From Candidatus Altimarinota bacterium (lineage in GTDB: Bacteria; Patescibacteriota; Gracilibacteria; JBDHUY01): DNA of 30,683 nucleotides. The stretch lies in contig JBDHUY010000018.1 of NCBI GenBank assembly GCA_039809385.1, positions 1 through 30,683 on the forward strand, given 5' to 3'. Position numbers and translations under genes: made by a program. A model generated the notes under the pieces. That model made no database searches. It saw nothing but the letters and a program-made list of their open reading frames with translations, and had not been told where the DNA came from. Of this stretch, positions 27,471 through 30,683 are shown one piece after another. Each line of letters begins with the position of its first letter. The first letter of the stretch is position 1.

Positions 27471-28769
27471 ATGAAATCCGTTCGTCTGACGTTATTGGTC
27501 ATTTTGGTAAGTATCGTGTTTGGTACGCTGTCGAGCGTATTGTCCTATCAGTATATCATTCCCAATCTTTATCGTAACTACTGGAACGGTACTGATACGG
27601 CGTCGGGAGCACTGCCCCCGATTATTCAACCGAAGCAAGAAGTGGTGGCCGAGTCCAGCATTATCGATGTGGCCAAAGAGGTCAGTCCTTCGGTCGTCAG
27701 TATTGTGGTGACCAAAAATCTCCCGACGTACTATAACGATCCTTTCGATCTGTTTTTTAACGATCCGTTCTCGGGTGATCCTTTTGGCAATCCGAATCGT
27801 CGTTCGATTCCTCAGCAGGATCAGCCCGAAACCCAGAAACGCAAAGTTGGCGGGGGGTCGGGGTTTATCATTACGCAGGATGGTCTGGTCTTGACCAATA
27901 AGCATGTCGTCGACGATACCCAGGCCGATTATACGGTTATCACCAAAGACGGTACCGAATACAAAGCCGAAGTCGTAACGAAAGATCCGCTCAATGACAT
28001 GGCCTTGATTCGTATGAATACTAAAGACGGTAAAAACGTTACCGGAATGCCGGTCGTCAAATTTGTTTCCCGTATCGACAGTGTGCGGGTAGGGCAGATG
28101 GCGGTTGCCATTGGGAATGCCCTGGCCGAATTCGACAACACTGTCACCGTGGGAGTGATCAGCGCCAAAGGGCGCGAAATAACCGCATCGGGCGGCTACG
28201 GAACTGAGTCCGAAGTGCTGAAAGGTTTGCTCCAGACCGATGCTTCGATCAACCCGGGTAATAGCGGGGGACCGCTGGTTAACTTGAGCGGCGAAGTCGT
28301 CGGCATGAATACGGCCATTGCCTCTAATGCTCAGGGGATCGGGTTTGCTATTCCATTAGACGAAGAATTGATCACCAAGTTGCTTTCCCAGATACAAAAA
28401 TATGGTCGGATCGTGCGACCGTTCTTGGGGGTACGGTATACCATGATCACCCCCGAACTGAACAAGCAGTATAATCTCGGAACCGACAGCGGGGCCTGGA
28501 TCAAGGCCGAGCAGGATTTACCTTCTGTCGTAGCCGGTACTCCGGCGGCCAAAGCCGGCCTCAAGGGAGGCGATATCGTGGTAAAAATCAACGGCAAAAA
28601 GATCGATACCAAGTATACGCTTCAGGATGCCATCGCCGAGATGAGTCCCAACGATGTTGCTACGCTTACCGTGTTGCGCGATGGGAAAGAACAGGAAATA
28701 AAGGTTACCCTGGAAGAGCGTCGAGATAGTGCAAATACTGAAAACAATAACGAAAATGTCAATTCGTAA
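27471..28769 (+). CDS. htrA: HtrA/DegP-family serine protease with one PDZ domain
   Basis: GSGFII, LTNKHVV, QTDASINPGNSGGPL, PAAKAGLKGGDIV; N-terminal TM anchor. Confidence 0.95.
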   Translation: MKSVRLTLLVILVSIVFGTLSSVLSYQYIIPNLYRNYWNGTDTASGALPPIIQPKQEVVAESSIIDVAKEVSPSVVSIVVTKNLPTYYNDPFDLFFNDPFSGDPFGNPNRRSIPQQDQPETQKRKVGGGSGFIITQDGLVLTNKHVVDDTQADYTVITKDGTEYKAEVVTKDPLNDMALIRMNTKDGKNVTGMPVVKFVSRIDSVRVGQMAVAIGNALAEFDNTVTVGVISAKGREITASGGYGTESEVLKGLLQTDASINPGNSGGPLVNLSGEVVGMNTAIASNAQGIGFAIPLDEELITKLLSQIQKYGRIVRPFLGVRYTMITPELNKQYNLGTDSGAWIKAEQDLPSVVAGTPAAKAGLKGGDIVVKINGKKIDTKYTLQDAIAEMSPNDVATLTVLRDGKEQEIKVTLEERRDSANTENNNENVNS

Positions 28770-28898
28770 GCTGCTATGATGTAGGTAGGAGATTTCATGT
28801 CAGTTTGGGAATGGCTCTTGTTTGATTCAAACAAAAGATGGAGAGTATGTACCTTCATGCTAGCTACTTCTGATTCCTATTTCTCATTGTATTTTTCA

Positions 28899-29339
28899 AT
28901 GTCTGATCTCTCGTGTGCTTTTTGCGATCAACCCGAAATTCGGGCCCGAACCGTTATCGAAAACGATTTCGCATTTGCTTTTCCGACCAACATTCCGATT
29001 GTTCCCGGTCATTTGTTGATTGCCCCCAAACGCTGTACAGCAACGTTTGAGGAACTTACCCCTGAGGAAGTCGCGGACGTCTTTGAACTGGTCACGAAGC
29101 TTCGTCCCGTTTTGGTAAAGACGTTTGGAGCAGAGGGGTTTAATTTCGCTTGGAATGAAGGAAAACTGTCAGGTCAGAGCGTACCCCACTACCATTTGCA
29201 TATGTTGCCTCGCAAAGAAGGAGATACCGGAGTCTTGGAATACGAACCGCGTAAGTTTTTATACCGACCCGGGAGCCGGGAGCCCACACCCGAGGCTGAA
29301 TTGCTGGAAGTTTCCAGAGTTATTCGTTCTTTCTTCTAA
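28899..29339 (+). CDS. HIT-family nucleotide hydrolase
   Basis: CAFC, PGHLLIAPKR, GQSVPHYHLHMLPR. Confidence 0.92.
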   Translation: MSDLSCAFCDQPEIRARTVIENDFAFAFPTNIPIVPGHLLIAPKRCTATFEELTPEEVADVFELVTKLRPVLVKTFGAEGFNFAWNEGKLSGQSVPHYHLHMLPRKEGDTGVLEYEPRKFLYRPGSREPTPEAELLEVSRVIRSFF

Positions 29340-29674
29340 GCCCCATTCCAGGATAACGTAGGCATGGAATATATTTTTGCAAAATAACCTGATCGACCAA
29401 ACAAACTTTTGTTTTAGCGAAGTCGGGTCTCATTTTTGAGAGAAAAAAATAAGCATCTTCAGCTGAAAGATCACAATCGGCAAAAAAACCTTAAGGGGGC
29501 ATTTTTAGGCTGATCGCTATTGTTCATACGATCTCGTAAGCTTGATTCGTCTTGTCTGTGGCCTAGGTTAGATATATACTGAGCTTACTCGCAGTGGGAA
29601 CCATGACAAAAGAAAGAAGGCGAATGTTTTTTCATGTAGAAATGAAAACCTGGAATTGTCTATTCTCTCCAAAC

Positions 29675-30268
29675 ATGCCTAAAATAGTTCTTTTTGACGT
29701 CGACGGCGTTTTAATCCGGGAGGGAGAAATGTTTTCTCGACGGTATTGTCGCGATTTTCATTTATCCATCGAAAAGATGTTGCCGTTTTTTCATGGGATC
29801 TTTCAAGAATGCATGCTCGGGCGAGCCGATTTGAAGCAAATTCTGCACCAATACGTCGCCGAATGGGGGTGGCAAAGGAGTATCGATGAGTTACTTGAGT
29901 ACTGGTTTGGGGCGGAAAACGACGTAGATGCCACTGTATTGGAAACAGTTGCTACGTTGCGCAAAAATGGAATCCGATCTTTTATAGCGACGAATAACGA
30001 GAAGTATCGGGTCATGTATTTGTGGGAAAGGCTCGGGTTTCGCAATCATTTTGACGGTGTTTTTTCCTCATCCGGGGTTGGCGTCAAGAAGCCTGCCCCC
30101 GAGTTTTTCGAGAGCGTGTCGCAATCTCTGGCAGCGTATTCCAAACAGGAGATCTTGTTGTGCGATAACGAACCGCAGAATATAGATGCGGCCCGGCAGT
30201 ACGGCTTTCAAACCCATTTGTTTACCGATACCATAAATTTCAGGCGGGAATTTGCTGATCTGTTGTAA
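29675..30268 (+). CDS. HAD-superfamily hydrolase (subfamily IA)
   Basis: LFDVDGVL, IATN, KKPAPEFF, CDNEPQNIDAA. Confidence 0.92.
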   Translation: MPKIVLFDVDGVLIREGEMFSRRYCRDFHLSIEKMLPFFHGIFQECMLGRADLKQILHQYVAEWGWQRSIDELLEYWFGAENDVDATVLETVATLRKNGIRSFIATNNEKYRVMYLWERLGFRNHFDGVFSSSGVGVKKPAPEFFESVSQSLAAYSKQEILLCDNEPQNIDAARQYGFQTHLFTDTINFRREFADLL

Positions 30269-30273
30269 AGCCC

Positions 30274-30301
30274 TTGTCATCTTTTCGATAATATTTATAA
30301 T
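30274..30301 (+). promoter_or_regulatory. tRNA promoter TTGTCA-16-TATAAT
   Basis: Near-consensus hexamers 30 nt upstream of the tRNA. Confidence 0.7.
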
Positions 30302-30330
30302 TGCTAAGCGATTTGTATTTTTAGGATTGT

Positions 30331-30415
30331 GCGGACGTGGCGGAATTGGTATACGCGCACGCTTGAGGTGCGTGTGCCGCAAGGCGTGAGGGTTCAAGTC
30401 CCTCCGTCCGCACCA
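30331..30415 (+). tRNA. tRNA-Leu(GAG), encoded CCA
   Basis: Acceptor gcggacg/cgtccgc, anticodon arm cacgc-ttGAGgt-gcgtg, long variable arm, T arm gaggg-ttcaagt-ccctc, ACCA end. Confidence 0.97.
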
Positions 30416-30683
30416 GTAAAAAAGAAGGATCGGTAGTTGAAGCTTGGCGCTGGGGGCGACATGTGTTTTTTCTGTTTCAAAAAAACATGATGACACGGCG
30501 GAATTGGTATACGCGTCCCGACCGAAGCGTCGGGGTGCCGCAAGGCGTGAGGGTTCTTCCTGCCGTCCGCACCAGTAAAAAAGAAGGATCGGTAGTTGAA
30601 GCTTGGCGCTGGGGGCGACATGTGTTTTTTCTGTTTCAAAAAAACATGATGACACGGCGGAATTGGTATACGCGTCCCGACCG
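30404..30683 (+). repeat. 159-bp tandem repeat containing remodelled tRNA-Leu copies (truncated at the window end)
   Basis: accagtaaaaaagaagg at 30412 and 30571; ggcggaattggtatacgcg at 30339, 30497 and 30656. Confidence 0.9.
30489..30574 (+). pseudogene. tRNA-Leu-derived copy with a replaced anticodon arm
   Basis: D arm, variable arm and 3' cgtccgcacca retained; anticodon arm is tcccgac-cgaagc-gtcgggg; T loop and 5' acceptor strand altered. Confidence 0.75.

Noticed and set aside
1263-28858. Numerous antisense or alternate-frame ORFs inside long genes
   Set aside because: They fully overlap well-supported genes and have no independent motifs
11930-29674. N-terminal extensions in the ORF track for gatC, gatA, pyrG, Trx, SLH-Trx, htrA, HIT and HAD
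   Set aside because: Family homology or signal peptides begin at downstream ATGs, and several extensions run through promoters or repeat tracts
30068-30655. 195-aa and 81-aa - strand ORFs with internal repeats
   Set aside because: They are antisense shadows of the tRNA and its 159-bp repeat (159 is divisible by 3, so the frame stays open)
30404-30683. CRISPR array
   Set aside because: Units are identical with no unique spacers, they are tRNA-derived, and no cas genes are present
1-30683. Genetic code 25 (TGA=Gly) as in Gracilibacteria/Absconditabacteria
   Set aside because: Conserved Gly-rich genes are intact under code 11, and TGA ends several genes, including in ATGA overlaps

Overview
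The window looks like chromosomal DNA from a Patescibacteria/CPR-type bacterium. This is inferred from SLH proteins, a DUF5663-like gene, U-rich SD-less start contexts and many orphan coiled-coil genes. TGA is used as a stop, so the code is 11. From left to right it holds an AT-rich block of orphan coiled-coil/membrane genes (1-10.1 kb), then dprA, a hicB-hicA pair, gatC-gatA, mscL and pyrG. Next is an accessory island (17.4-22.1 kb) with two 'tiny peptide ORF + hairpin + enzyme' units (GNAT and DUF1399/GRDP-like) and a degenerate GHMP-kinase-like/winged-helix protein. After that come an SLH-thioredoxin/lipoprotein thioredoxin/DipZ redox cluster, an XRE regulator, HtrA, HIT and HAD genes, and tRNA-Leu(GAG) followed by 159-bp tandem repeats carrying remodelled tRNA copies. 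The main candidates for new biology are: the KTG-containing micropeptide/enzyme units; the tRNA-derived repeat array; a 406-aa soluble internal-deletion paralog of a DUF4407-like membrane protein, flanked by a 51-bp direct repeat; polarised heptamer-periodic inverted repeats in many intergenic regions; and an apparent 16-bp promoter spacer bias. All family assignments were made by eye from motifs; no searches were run.
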